This document shows, in pieces, positions 40,989 to 51,828 of a stretch of 64,000 bases of DNA. The translations under genes and the position numbers were made by a program. The notes beneath the pieces were generated by a model. That model saw nothing but the letters and a program-made list of their open reading frames with translations. It was not told the DNA's origin and did not search any database. Origin of the DNA: Longimicrobiales bacterium (GTDB lineage: Bacteria > Gemmatimonadota > Gemmatimonadetes > Longimicrobiales > Gaopeijiaceae); contig CBDDCX010000008.1 in NCBI GenBank assembly GCA_965226375.1, positions 2,080,001 through 2,144,000 of the forward strand, written 5' to 3'. The first letter of the stretch is position 1. Every line of letters starts with the position of its first letter.

Positions 40989-41016
40989 CGGGGCTGTCCT
41001 GTCTCTGGCGATTCAC

Positions 41017-41040
41017 TCAGTAACTGATATATCAGTAACT
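41017..41040. promoter_or_regulatory. Operator-like palindrome upstream of the minus-strand PadR
   Basis: Perfect ACTGATATATCAGT (41023-41036) overlapping TCAGTAACT direct repeats. Confidence 0.65.
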
Positions 41041-41105
41041 AGACTAATCGATCAGGACCGGACTGTGAAGGGCGGGATGCTCTGGGAGTTGCCCTCCGAA
41101 CACGC

Positions 41106-41141
41106 CCTATATAGTTTCCTAGATACCTATATAGTATACTA
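41106..41141. promoter_or_regulatory. Operator-like repeats upstream of the plus-strand PadR
   Basis: CCTATATAGT x2 at 20-bp period (core CTATATAG is palindromic) plus TAGTATACTA. Confidence 0.6.
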
Positions 41142-41165
41142 GTTATTAGTGCACCGGGAGCGCCC

Positions 41166-41489
41166 ATGGGCAAGCTGAAACTGACATATACGACCGCCAT
41201 GGTGCTCCACGCCGTCAGTGAAGGATACCGGTACGGATTCGACATCATGGAAGGTTCCGGCCTCCCAGACGGCACCGTATATCCTGTGCTCCGACGGCTC
41301 GAAGCCTCGGGCCATGTCTGTTCCGAGTGGGAAGACGAGTCGAAAGCCACGGCCGACAAGCGGCCGCAACGTCGGTACTACGAGTTGACGCCGATGGGTG
41401 AGGGTCTACTCCGGGACGCCCGCGATCGCTTTCCGGGATTGCGCGGGTCCTTGGGGTCAAACCCCGTGCGCGGGGTCGGGCCCGCTTGA
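41166..41489 (+). CDS. PadR family regulator
   Basis: YGFDIMEGSGLPDGTVYPVLRRLE..WE..RPQRRYYELT. Confidence 0.92.
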   Translation: MGKLKLTYTTAMVLHAVSEGYRYGFDIMEGSGLPDGTVYPVLRRLEASGHVCSEWEDESKATADKRPQRRYYELTPMGEGLLRDARDRFPGLRGSLGSNPVRGVGPA

Positions 41490-42896
41490 CGACAATGAAC
41501 AGCCAACCGACTCTGCCCCGCCTCTCGCGGGCCATCCTGCGCTCCCTCGGCAAGCTTATCCCGCTCGATCTACGAGACCGCTGGCTCCGAGAATGGACCG
41601 CCGAGTTCGTCCATTGGTGGAACCGATTGCAGCCTAGCCAACGCCGCGGGATTCTCGGTATCCTGCGCCAACTGTATCGAACAGCTCTCGCCGCGATGGA
41701 CGCCCTGCACGTTCGGAGGCTGGAGTCGGCCAACCACCCTGGCGGCCTGATCCGGGATCTGCTCCAGGACGGTGGGTTCGCCCTGCGGTCTCTGGCGCGA
41801 CAGCCGGGCTTCACCCTCGTAGCCATACTGACCATGGGACTTGGGATCGGGGTCTCGACCACGATCTTCAGTCTTGTGAACGGGATCCTCCTCAACCCTC
41901 TGTCCTACCCCGAGCCCGACCGGGTCGTGTCCGTCTGGCCGGAGCGTTGGTTCTCGCCTTCGTTCTTCGAATACCTGGAAGAAGAGACGACTTCCTATGC
42001 CTCCATGGCGGGATGGACGTGGAAGGCTCACGTGGATATCGGATCCGACGGAGCCTCGAGGTTGTGGGGTCCCATGGTCACGGACGGTTTCTTCGATGTC
42101 CTCGATCCCGACCCGATCCTGGGACGCACGTTCGCCAACGGTGAGGACCGAGCCGGTAGCGACAACGTGGCCGTGCTTTCATACAACTTCTGGCAACGCC
42201 GTTTCGAGGGGGACCCCGGCGTCCTCGGCAAGAGCATCGAACTCCGCGGCACGCAACGCGTCATTATCGGGGTTATGCACCCGGGGTTCGACTTTCTTCA
42301 TGCCGGCACCGACGTGGTGCTACCCGTCTCCATTGACCCCGATGCGGTCGGATATGGTGACTCGAGCTACAAGGTCGTGGCCAGGCTGAAGGAAGGCGTC
42401 TCCCGAGAGCAGGCCCATGCCGAGCTCCAGACGCTCGCGTCGCGGATTCGCGAGGAGAACGAGCTTCCACCCGAGTGGGGACTGGATGCCGGGGTCGTGC
42501 CGTTGCGGGAGAGCATGGTCGGTGACATCCGGCCGACGCTTCTGCTCCTCTTCGGGGCGGTCGGGCTCCTCCTGCTCATCGCCACGGCCAACGTGGCGAA
42601 TCTCCTCCTGGCCCGAGCCCTGACCCGTCAACGGGAAGTATCACTCCGGCTGGCCCTGGGAGCCGAGAGAGGTCGGCTCGTACGCCAGTTGTTAACCGAG
42701 AGTACCGTCCTGGGCCTTCTGGGCGTGATCCCCGGGATCGCCGGTGCATGGCTCGGGCTCCGAGCCGTGCTCTCCCTGCTGCCCGCCGATACTCCACGCC
42801 TGTCCGAAGTCAGCGTGGACCTTCCGGTTCTCGTCTTCTCGATGGCCCTGGCGTTGATCACCGGCTGGGGTGGTAGCGGTCGAGGTGGCACTGGCC
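41486..42896 (+). pseudogene. N-terminal half of an ADOP ABC permease, truncated
   Basis: GIGVSTTIFS, ANVANLLLARA, EVSLRLALGA; similarity ends at LITG (~42865), followed by an out-of-frame remnant VVAVEVALA (42870-42896). Confidence 0.85.
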
Positions 42897-43409
42897 GACC
42901 AGACCGATACGCGGACCGGCGGCCCCTATCCGAGCCTCGACAGCCGCCAACTTACGGTAGAGGGGATCCCACTTGGCGCCCACGAGGCCGGTCACCACGG
43001 CACCGACGATGGCCAGAAGGGGAATCGAGGCGCCACCCTGGCCCAGAGAAGCCAGCATCCTGCGGGCCTCGGCCCACCCCGCGTCCGGACCACCCCGCAC
43101 GGGCATGTCGAAGATCAGGGACGAGATCATCAGCCCGAACAGGCCGGCCAACACGGACGTGAGCAGATACCAGCCGACCACCGATCCAGCCAGACGCCCC
43201 GCACGTCCTCTCCGCATGAGCCCGGCGATGGCCGGGCTGAGGGCCGCGAAGATCAGGACCGGGACGAGGCGGATGACCCACCGGATCAGGACGATGATCG
43301 CACCGGAAACCGGTGCCAACGGATCCGGGAACAGACCCCCGAGTGCGATGCCCGTGATCAACACCACGAGCATCCATACGTAGCCGGGCACTGCCGACAG
43401 CTTGCTCAA
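42897..43409 (-). pseudogene. N-terminal fragment of a dicarboxylate/amino-acid:cation symporter-like protein
   Basis: VWMLVVLITGIALG..IRLVPVLIFAALSPAI..GRLAG..WYLLTS; ends after ~170 aa against the permease remnant. Confidence 0.6.
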
Positions 43410-43427
43410 GACGCTGCGGGCCAGGAT

Positions 43428-43871
43428 CTACCTCCGTTCAATGGCATTATCCATGTCCGCAGCGATGAGCCAACGGCCTCGAGCGTCCCGCCGAAGTGCT
43501 AGGAGGAACTTCCCCTGATCCAGCGCCTCGCCGTAGGCGTAGAGCCCCACGATGTAGCCCACGTCGCTTCCGGCCCCATAGGCCAGAGCCTTCAGGACCA
43601 GATCCCCACTCGGGTCATCATAGCGCCCACGGATGGCCGCACGCCCGCGCGCCGGACGTCGCTGGTTCGAGAGGACGAAGCCATCCTCGGTAAAGAGGTC
43701 CGCGAGTCCGTCTCCGTTCCCTGCCTCCCAGCGCTCCTCGTAGTCCCGAAGGACACGGTCGAGCTCGGCCGGGAGCGTTACGTACGGAATGGCCTCTCCC
43801 AACTCGCCGTCCTGGGCCGTCACCCCGCCCGGCAGAACCGTTACCAGCAAGAGCAGAATCAACAGTTTCAT
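43428..43871 (-). CDS. Exported NTF2-like (YybH/DUF4440) protein
   Basis: Signal peptide; LADLFTEDG, GRAAI, GKFLLALRR..GRWLIAADMDN. Confidence 0.8.
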   Translation of the reverse strand: MKLLILLLLVTVLPGGVTAQDGELGEAIPYVTLPAELDRVLRDYEERWEAGNGDGLADLFTEDGFVLSNQRRPARGRAAIRGRYDDPSGDLVLKALAYGAGSDVGYIVGLYAYGEALDQGKFLLALRRDARGRWLIAADMDNAIERR

Positions 43872-43986
43872 TCTCCCATCCCCGTTCGAAGTCGAGAACT
43901 CCGCGAACGGCCACCGCCGCCGCCACACATCCTGACAGAATAGTAACAGTCCGTAACCTGGGTCCACGCCAGACGGCGACAGCCCA

Positions 43987-45243
43987 CTAGTTCACCAACC
44001 GATTGTATTTCCGAAGCACCTCACGAAGCCGGTCGTGGGGTAACGCGAACACCGTGACATCGTTCGCTCCCGTCATGGTCTCGGCCGCCACAAGGGCGTT
44101 GATCACTGCCTCCTCCGTCGCCTGCACCGTAGCTGCGAAGAGCCCGTTCAGATCACGGTTCGTCAGCATCTCGAGTCCGATCGGGCTCTCGAGCTCCGAA
44201 GCTGAATCCCGGTTAGCCGTGGAGAACGCGATGAAAATGTCGCCGGAACCGTTTCCCGATGTGCTCCCGTTCCGGGCCAGACCCAGGGAGATGCGCCTCG
44301 CCACCCGCTTCAGTTGATGGGGTAGGATCGGAGCGTCGGTCGCGACAATGACGATGATGGAGCCTTCACGGTCCGAGGCGTCCGCACCATCCTCGAGTGC
44401 ACCCTGCTCAGCGTCGGGACGCGCGGGCAGCAGGTCCGGGATTTCCACGCCAACGGGTACACCGGCGACCCGGAAGGGCGGGCGGCCTCCGTAGTTGCAC
44501 TGCACTAGGACGCCCAATGTGTAGGTCGCCCCGTCGTAGTCGACCATCCGGGACGAGGTACCGATCCCCCCCTTGAAGCGGTGGCAGATCATGCCGGTAC
44601 CACCCCCGACCGCACCTTCCTCGACCGGTCCTGTGGAGGCGTTGTCGATGGCCGCAAGCGCGTCGTCCACGGTTACGTGCTGTCCGTACACGTCGTTCAG
44701 AGTGCCATCCCAAGTCTCCGCGACCACGGGGAGCGAGGCCAACCACCGGCCTGGTCCCCCTTCACCGCCGAACACCTTGTCGACCCCCCACTGGATCACG
44801 GCGTGATGGACGATCCCGACACTCAACGTGTTGGTGATCATCACCGGTCCCTCCAGGATCCCCGAGTCCTGTACCCAGGTGGTCCCCGTCATCTCGCCGT
44901 CGCCGTTCAGCGAGAACCAGGCGGCAAAAACCGGATCGGGGACATCGGTGCCGCGCGGGAAGACGGCCGTGACTCCCGTGCGGACGGGACCCTCGCCTAT
45001 GACCCTCGGGCCACTCCCACGGATGATGGTCGAATGACCCACCTCGACGCCGGCCACATCGGTGATGGCATTGAGTGATCCGGGCGTGCCCTCGAACGGG
45101 ATGCCGAGGTCACGGGCTCGAGGCTTCTGCGCGGAGGCCGGCGCGGCGAAAGCGATCAGGACTGTGACGGACACGGCCTGCAAAAAGCGGGTGGGATGCC
45201 ACATCGCTCGTTGGCGGATAGGCAGGTGGTTCGGACTCGGCAT
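43987..45243 (-). CDS. P1/S58 DmpA-like aminopeptidase with signal peptide
   Basis: RARDLGIPF, NAITDVAGVEVGH, PVVAETWD, FKGGIG, GNGSGD autoprocessing site. Confidence 0.92.
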   Translation of the reverse strand: MPSPNHLPIRQRAMWHPTRFLQAVSVTVLIAFAAPASAQKPRARDLGIPFEGTPGSLNAITDVAGVEVGHSTIIRGSGPRVIGEGPVRTGVTAVFPRGTDVPDPVFAAWFSLNGDGEMTGTTWVQDSGILEGPVMITNTLSVGIVHHAVIQWGVDKVFGGEGGPGRWLASLPVVAETWDGTLNDVYGQHVTVDDALAAIDNASTGPVEEGAVGGGTGMICHRFKGGIGTSSRMVDYDGATYTLGVLVQCNYGGRPPFRVAGVPVGVEIPDLLPARPDAEQGALEDGADASDREGSIIVIVATDAPILPHQLKRVARRISLGLARNGSTSGNGSGDIFIAFSTANRDSASELESPIGLEMLTNRDLNGLFAATVQATEEAVINALVAAETMTGANDVTVFALPHDRLREVLRKYNRLVN

Positions 45244-45332
45244 GATCGATCCTCCGGCATGATTCGGGAGCGGCGGCGGAGCACCGAAATGAGCGGTCGA
45301 GCCGTCCCGTTGCAAGGCGACCCCCGTGGGCC

Positions 45333-46447
45333 CTACCGCCCCCCTCCCGCCATGGTGGCACCCGCCGCCTCCACCAGCTCGATGGCCAATCGATCGAGAT
45401 CTTCGATCATGAACGCCCGGATGTCACCGAAGGGATGCGGCTCCTCGAGAATGGTCACACGGTCTCGGCGTAGCCGCTCGAACCACGCGTCCAGGTCGTC
45501 GACCGTGAACGCCACGTGGTCGAACACCTGACCTCGCGACGGGACCAGCGGCTGATCGGTACCGCAACGCCCCTCGACACACTGGCGGGGATACCACGAC
45601 ATGCTGCCGTTCGCGAACCGCACACCGCCTCGCGGACCACGGATCGTCCCGACGGACTCCAGAGACGGCCAGCTCGCCTCCGCCGTGCCCACTTCGCAGG
45701 GATCGTAGAGCGGCCGACGGGACTCGGTTCCCGAGTCGTCTCGCATGGGCGGAAGCTCCATACCCAGATGCTCCACGTACCAGTTTGCTGCACACAGTGG
45801 CTGCTCGTGATAGAAGTGCACGTGAGCGAACGAGTCCCTCGTGTTCGGGCCCCCGACGATCTCGAACAGGGCCCCATCGGGGCCCAGCACGTAGCGGAAG
45901 CCGCCATCCTGCGGGTCGGTCGCTTCGGCCTCAGCGATCAGGGCCGCGGTCCGGATACCCGCGTAGGGCGATAGACCCGAGCGCCATACCCCCTCGGTGT
46001 CCGCGGAGGAGGTAAAAAGGGGCAGGTGGTCCACACCGATCGTGGCGAGCCGGTCCCGAACGTCGGTCGTGTTGGTGTTGGCACCGATGTGCCAGAAGGC
46101 GCTCTGGGCGTCGGCCCGGCCCAGGTCCTCCCGATACGCCCCCGAAGGTGGTGAGTCCACCTCATTGAGAGGACGAACATGTCCCCCTCCACGGCAGAGT
46201 GCCCAGCGACCTCAGTCCTCGACGCCGAGGGCCAGACCCTCAGATACCACTCGATGGCCGCATCCGTGTCGACCGAATTGAGCATGACGTGGTGAAGACT
46301 GGGGGCCGACACTTCGGTCCCCCGGGCCTCGGCACCTCCATCCGGATCGTCGCCGGCGGCACACGCCCCCAAGAGAAGCACCAATCCCCCCACTACGGAT
46401 AGGGCCGGAATAGCGCCCCGGACTCCGAGTCGAACGTACTTCATCAT
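45333..46447 (-). pseudogene. VOC/glyoxalase-family lipoprotein with a 1-bp frameshift near 46168
   Basis: LGAC lipobox, LHHVMLNSVD; CTC TCA ATG AGG restores to LFNEVDSPP with one added T; WHIG, AHVHFY, DHVAFTVDDL, IELVE. Confidence 0.75.
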
Positions 46448-46634
46448 CCCATCCCCGTCAGAAAGGAACGTCCATGATCTCACCAGGTCCAGCGACCGTC
46501 AAACCCGGTCCCCTCCTTGCGGGTGCCGGGTCTCCTCTCACCGCGGCGACCGCGTGTCCCGTCCTTGCGGCGCCGCGTGTCCGGCCGTACCGATCGATGA
46601 CCCTATTCCCGTTTCCCAAGCCGGATCGTCGGTG

Positions 46635-47738
46635 ATGAAGAACACGTTGCGCGGCTCACAGTCCGGTCTTGGCCTACTCGTCCTTCTTGTATGCACGGTG
46701 ACGACGTATTGGACTCCCCGGCGGATCACGGCTCAGCAGGCTCCCTCCAACGATCTTCCTACGGTCGTCGTGCTGTCGACCGGCGGAACCATCGCCAGCG
46801 TCTACGACCCCGAGAGAGGCGGATACGCACCGGCCCTCAGCGGAGAGGACCTGATCTCCGCCGTTCCCGGAATCACCGATCTCGCACGCCTAGAGGTCGA
46901 ACAGGTCTCCAATATCGCGAGCACCGACATGACACCCGCGCTCTGGCTCGAGATTTCGAGACGAAGCAACACGCTCCTGTCACGACCCGACGTAGCGGGA
47001 ATCATCGTGACCCACGGAACCGACACTCTGGAAGAAACCGCGTTCTTCCTCGACCTCACGGTGACCAGCGACAAGCCGGTGATCCTGGTGGGGGCCCAGC
47101 GAGCTGCCTCGGAACCGGACAGTGATGGGCCGAGAAACCTGGGCGACGCGGTCCGCGTGGCCGTGTCCGAAGCGGCGCTTGGAATGGGGACGCTGGTGGT
47201 GATGAACGGGGAGATCAACGCGGCCAGGGAAGTGACCAAGACCCACACCATGCGGGTGGAGACCTTTCAGTCGCTCGAGTACGGCCGCCTCGGCACCGTG
47301 GACCCGGACGGGGTGCGGTTCTACCGAGCCCCCCTGAGACGGCAGTCCATTCCGCTCCCTTCCGACAGCGAGTTGGGCCGCGTCGAGATCGTGTCGACCT
47401 ACGCCGGAGCCGACGGTCGCCTGGTACGTGGCCTCATGGCCCTGGGGGGACTCGACGGGCTGGTCGTGGAGGCCGCCGGGGTAGGCAATCTGGCGGGAGC
47501 TCTCTTCGACGCGCTCGTCGAGGTGCGCGACGCGGGCATCCCCGTGGTGGTGAGCACCCGGGTCAATACGGGACGGACGCTGCCGCTCTACGCCGGTAAG
47601 GGGAGCGGCGTGAGCCTCAGCGAGATCGGATGTATCTTCGCGGACAACCTGAGTCCGCAAAAAGCCCGGGTCATGCTGCTGGCGGCCATTGCCGCCGCAG
47701 ACGACCCTGGGGAAATCGAGGCGTACTTCTCCCGCTAA
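46635..47738 (+). CDS. L-asparaginase, type II-like, exported
   Basis: STGGTIA, HGTDTLEET, SDGPRNL, LSPQKAR. Confidence 0.92.
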   Translation: MKNTLRGSQSGLGLLVLLVCTVTTYWTPRRITAQQAPSNDLPTVVVLSTGGTIASVYDPERGGYAPALSGEDLISAVPGITDLARLEVEQVSNIASTDMTPALWLEISRRSNTLLSRPDVAGIIVTHGTDTLEETAFFLDLTVTSDKPVILVGAQRAASEPDSDGPRNLGDAVRVAVSEAALGMGTLVVMNGEINAAREVTKTHTMRVETFQSLEYGRLGTVDPDGVRFYRAPLRRQSIPLPSDSELGRVEIVSTYAGADGRLVRGLMALGGLDGLVVEAAGVGNLAGALFDALVEVRDAGIPVVVSTRVNTGRTLPLYAGKGSGVSLSEIGCIFADNLSPQKARVMLLAAIAAADDPGEIEAYFSR

Positions 47739-48892
47739 ACCGTGGCGACGTCGGCCGCGGGCCTCCCGACAATCCGTTCATAGGACTCGGCATCGGTGGC
47801 TCCCTCGGTCAGGATCACGAGGACACGGGCGTCTTCTCCCAACCGCAGCGCGGCCCTCAGCGACGTCTCTCCTGAAGCTCGTTCAAGTCCCGCCAGACCG
47901 GCCACTCCTGATTCCCCCGCCACCACGGCAACGTCACCGCCCCGGCCTTCGGCGAGCCTTCTCATGAGCGGCTCCACACGCTCATCCTCCGCGGTCATGA
48001 ACGCATCTACCCCAGGGTCCAGGATGGTCCAAGCCAAGGGCGAAATCTCCCCGCAAGAAAGGCCGCCCATGATCGTGTGCAGCGAGCCACGCGCGCGCGA
48101 AGGCTCGCCGGCGATTGCGCTCTGAAGAAGACAGTCGGCCTCCTCGGGTTCGACGATCGTCATGATAGGACGCGCCGCACCGTCCAGCTCCCAGAGGTGG
48201 CCGCACACGGTCGCTGCCAACCCGCCAACGCCGCCCTGGAGAAAGATGTGGGTGGGTCGCACTCCGCTCGGCATCTGTGCTAGTAGCTCGTCTACCATCA
48301 CGCTATACCCCTGCATCACCCAGCGCGGGACATCCTGGTACCCCTCGTAGGAGGTGTCCGATACGACGTGCCATCCGTTGCGCCGGGCGTCTGCGTCGGC
48401 CAGGGCCACCGCCTCGTCGTACGTCCCGGAGACTCGCACCGTGCGCGCGCCGAAAGCCGCGATCTCAGCCACACGCCGGTCCGTCACGTGCTCGGGAAGG
48501 TAGATGACGGATCTACAGCCATGAGTTCGGGCTCCCCAGGCTACCGAACGGCCATGATTACCGTCTGTCGCGGTGGTCACGGTCACCGTGTGGCTATGAG
48601 CATGACGAGCGTCGCCAAGCTCGCGCTCCAGGACACGCAAGACTCCATATGCCCCGCCCAGTGCCTTGAAGCTTCCGAGACCGAACCGCCCTGACTCGTC
48701 TTTTACCCAGACCTCGCCGACCCCCAGCCCGCGAGCCAGGGCGGGGAGAGAGTGCAGCGGGGTTGGAGCGTAGCCTGGCCAGGCCCGGATTTCTGCCGCC
48801 GCCCGCTCGTACTCCGCCAGGCTGATGACGGCCCGCTCAGCATCTCCGTAGAGACGCCCACGGTCGAGATTCGGATTGAGAAGATGAGTCAT
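47735..48892 (-). CDS. Diaminopropionate ammonia-lyase (PLP)
   Basis: YAPTPL, KDESGRFGLGSFKALGG, TDGNHG, SDTS, MQGY, GESG. Confidence 0.9.
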   Translation of the reverse strand: MTHLLNPNLDRGRLYGDAERAVISLAEYERAAAEIRAWPGYAPTPLHSLPALARGLGVGEVWVKDESGRFGLGSFKALGGAYGVLRVLERELGDARHAHSHTVTVTTATDGNHGRSVAWGARTHGCRSVIYLPEHVTDRRVAEIAAFGARTVRVSGTYDEAVALADADARRNGWHVVSDTSYEGYQDVPRWVMQGYSVMVDELLAQMPSGVRPTHIFLQGGVGGLAATVCGHLWELDGAARPIMTIVEPEEADCLLQSAIAGEPSRARGSLHTIMGGLSCGEISPLAWTILDPGVDAFMTAEDERVEPLMRRLAEGRGGDVAVVAGESGVAGLAGLERASGETSLRAALRLGEDARVLVILTEGATDAESYERIVGRPAADVATV

Positions 48893-49042
48893 TCCGGCAG
48901 ACTAGGCGTACCGGGTCACTCTGGCCACTCGTCGATCAAGTGCGGGGTCGCTTCCGACGCCGCTCCGTGGTATAGCTGATAATCGGAGTCGGCCCCAAAT
49001 CGCTGAGCGGCCTCCCGGTCCTGATCCCGTCGAACGGAGCGC

Positions 49043-50203
49043 TTGAGCACCGACATGGCCCACCGTCCTCTCGTCTCACCCCACGATCAGAGCGCGACCT
49101 TCGTGGAGCTCTTCTTCGATTTGGTGTTCGTGTTCGGGATCACGCAGGTCGCAGCGCTACTCCATCACGGCCTGAATTGGACCTCGGCCGCGCAGGGAAT
49201 TGTCGTGTTCTGGATGATCTGGTGGGGCTGGACGCAGTTCACCTGGTCGTTCAACGCCGCCGACACCACACATCCGTTCGTCGAGTTCAGCGCCCTAATC
49301 GCCACGGCCATCGCGTTCTTCATGGCCGTGGCCGTACCCGACGCGTTTGCGGGCGGGGCGCTCTGGTTTGCGGGGCCGTACGTCGCGCTTCGCCTCTTGG
49401 GGTTGGGACTCTACACGACCGTCATGTGGCAAAGCGAGATGGGACGCAGGGCCGTCGGTCTCTTCGCGACGTCTTCTCTGGGCGGTTTCACCGCCGTGGT
49501 CCTGGGAGCGTTCTCGACCGAAAACCAGGCACTGTTTTGGGGCCTGGCCATCTTGCTCGACGTAGTCGCCGCTCTGATCGCAGGGCGCCAACAGGGGTGG
49601 GACCTCCACCCCGAACACTTTGCAGAACGCCACGGACTGATCGTGATCATCGCCTTGGGCGAATCGTTGATCGTGGCGGCAGGAGGGCTCGCGGGCGAGC
49701 CACGTACCGTGGAACTGATGGTCGTCGGCTTGCTCGCCGTCGCCATCACATGCGGCCTGTGGTGGACTTACTTCCCGGTGGCGAAGCCTGAACTCGAGCG
49801 CGCTCTCGAGACCGCCGACGAGAAGGAGCTGGTAAAGCTCGCGCGTGACCCGTTCAGCCTCGGGCACTTTCCGATGTTGTGCGGGATCATTGCGTTCGTA
49901 GTGGCGATCGAAGAAGCAGTGGCGCACCCGGGCGATCCCCTATCGGGCGGCGCACGCTTCGCGCTTTCACTGGGACTCTTCGCCTTCGTGGGGGGCCTTG
50001 CGTTCGCCCTTTGGCGCGCGAGCTGTCGCGTCAGGATCGGGCGTATCATCGTGACCGTAATCACGTCGTGCGCCGTCTACCTGCTAACGGACGTGGCGGC
50101 CGTGGTCAGCCTGGCGGTGGCCTTCGCTGGAGTGGCTACGGTAGCCCTCCTAGAGGAGAAGACCGCGGAGCGGCTCCGGGACCACCCAGCCGCGTCTAGC
50201 TAG
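49043..50203 (+). CDS. Low temperature requirement protein A (LtrA) family
   Basis: ELFFDLVFVF, WW.W, HFAERHGLIVIIALGES. Confidence 0.9.
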   Translation: MSTDMAHRPLVSPHDQSATFVELFFDLVFVFGITQVAALLHHGLNWTSAAQGIVVFWMIWWGWTQFTWSFNAADTTHPFVEFSALIATAIAFFMAVAVPDAFAGGALWFAGPYVALRLLGLGLYTTVMWQSEMGRRAVGLFATSSLGGFTAVVLGAFSTENQALFWGLAILLDVVAALIAGRQQGWDLHPEHFAERHGLIVIIALGESLIVAAGGLAGEPRTVELMVVGLLAVAITCGLWWTYFPVAKPELERALETADEKELVKLARDPFSLGHFPMLCGIIAFVVAIEEAVAHPGDPLSGGARFALSLGLFAFVGGLAFALWRASCRVRIGRIIVTVITSCAVYLLTDVAAVVSLAVAFAGVATVALLEEKTAERLRDHPAASS

Positions 50204-50261
50204 TGTGGTTCGACACGAAACCCGCGACCGCCTCGCGGTGCGATGTCTGCGACGGTTCAAT

Positions 50262-50681
50262 CTACAGGTGCTGACCCAGCCGTTCCTGTAGAACCTTGCG
50301 ATACTTGCGAGAGAGCGGGAGCTGCTCGCCGTCCGTCAGGATCACCATCAACTCTCCCTTGAACCAGGGCTGGATCTCCTTGATGCGATCCAGATTCACG
50401 ATGGTAGAACGGTGGATGCGCACGAACTGCCCCGAGTCGAGACGGCGTTCGAGAGCCGTCATGGTGTCACGGACCAGATGATCGTCTTCTCCCACATGCA
50501 GCCGGGCGTAATTCCCATCGGCCCCGATCCAGTCGATCTCCGACACCTTAAGTAGGTGAACCCGGCCCCTGGACTTCACCACAAGCCGGTCCAACGGAGT
50601 CGAGCGCTGCCCCGCCAGGTCCTCGATCAACCCGACCATCCGCTTCCGGAGGTCACCGAGGCCGTCGCCCGTGGTCGGCAC
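50262..50681 (-). pseudogene. LytTR DNA-binding domain, receiver domain apparently lost
   Basis: IDWIGADGNY, FVRIHRSTIVN, LSRKYR; no start or RBS, abuts a permease tail. Confidence 0.75.
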
Positions 50682-50682
50682 A

Positions 50683-50751
50683 CTAGGTGCCTATCTGCCG
50701 GCCCGCCGCGTGCTCCGAGTCGATCCGGTGGACGCTTTGAAGGAGGAGTGA
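50683..50751 (+). pseudogene. Last ~22 codons of an ADOP permease
   Basis: LGAYLPARRVLRVDPVDALKEE* matches the paralogue ending AAYLPAARATRVDPVVSLRAD*. Confidence 0.8.
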
Positions 50752-50790
50752 GCGCCCGACCTTTGGCGCTCCGACGGTGTTAGAAGCTGC

Positions 50791-51708
50791 ATGATCGACC
50801 ACGAGACGAGGTCCGCACCCCGAGGCCGCAGGCTGCGGGTAGCGTTCTTGGCCATTGGACTCACGGCCTGCGGCAGCTCCACAGATACGCCTCCTGGCCC
50901 ACAGATCTTTGCGCCGGGTGCAGTGTCCACCGAGCTGCTCGAGTTCGCGGTCACCTTCACACCCGATGCGACGACAGCCTACTTCAACCGCACCACCGCC
51001 GACCGGAGCAGCCTCGCGATCATGGTCTCCCGGTGGGACGGGCAATCCTGGTCCGGAGCGGAGGCGGCCCCCTTCTCGGGCGAGCACTTCGACGTCGATC
51101 CCTTTGTAACACCCGACGGCTCACGCCTCTATTTCAGCTCCACTCGACCCACTGCCCCGGGCGATACCCTCCCCGACTTCAACACTTGGTATGTGGACAT
51201 CGATACGGAAGGAGCCGCGGATCCCCAACTTCTTCCAGAGCCGTTCAACACGGACGCGAGCGAAATCTTCGTCTCGGCGACCGACGAAGGCGTGCTCTAT
51301 TTCGGCTCAGACCGGGACGGAACCTCCCGCACCTACCGCGCGGTTCCAGCAAATCGGGGTGGTACCATCGAGGTCGTGGATATCGACATGAATCTGTCCG
51401 ACGGGGTCGGTAATCCACTCGTGTCACCGGACGAGCGCTTCCTGCTGTTCGCCGCCAGCGCCACCACTGGCGCCGGGGAATCCGACATCTACGTGAGTTA
51501 CCGAACGGCGGACGGATGGACACCGGCGGAGATGGTGGGTGGTGATGTGAATTCGGCCTTCACGGATTTCGCCCCCGCTCTGGGTCCGGACGGTGAGTAC
51601 CTCTACTTCACGTCGGAGCGTCCGTGGATCGCCCAGCCCGTCGAGCCGGGCGTGCGCCCGCCGGGCGATGTCTATCGCATCTCTTTGGAGAGCGCTGGAA
51701 TCCGCTGA
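50791..51708 (+). CDS. PD40/TolB-like beta-propeller lipoprotein
   Basis: LTAC lipobox; TPDGSRLYFSS, SPDERFLLF, GPDGEYLYFTS repeats. Confidence 0.85.
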   Translation: MIDHETRSAPRGRRLRVAFLAIGLTACGSSTDTPPGPQIFAPGAVSTELLEFAVTFTPDATTAYFNRTTADRSSLAIMVSRWDGQSWSGAEAAPFSGEHFDVDPFVTPDGSRLYFSSTRPTAPGDTLPDFNTWYVDIDTEGAADPQLLPEPFNTDASEIFVSATDEGVLYFGSDRDGTSRTYRAVPANRGGTIEVVDIDMNLSDGVGNPLVSPDERFLLFAASATTGAGESDIYVSYRTADGWTPAEMVGGDVNSAFTDFAPALGPDGEYLYFTSERPWIAQPVEPGVRPPGDVYRISLESAGIR

Positions 51709-51828
51709 CGAGCCAGCCCAGTCCGGGGGTGGGGCACTCCGTACATCTCGTCACCGAACCGAACCAGCGCCAAGAGCACACCCGACCGAGCGCCCCAACT
51801 CGTTCCAACCTTCTGCGGTTGTAGCCCG

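Noticed and set aside
36600..42896. Inversion that would rejoin the + strand permease N-half with the - strand C-terminal fragment
   Set aside because: The geometry fits, but over 200 aa would still be missing and the reciprocal join does not restore the symporter; independent deletions are simpler
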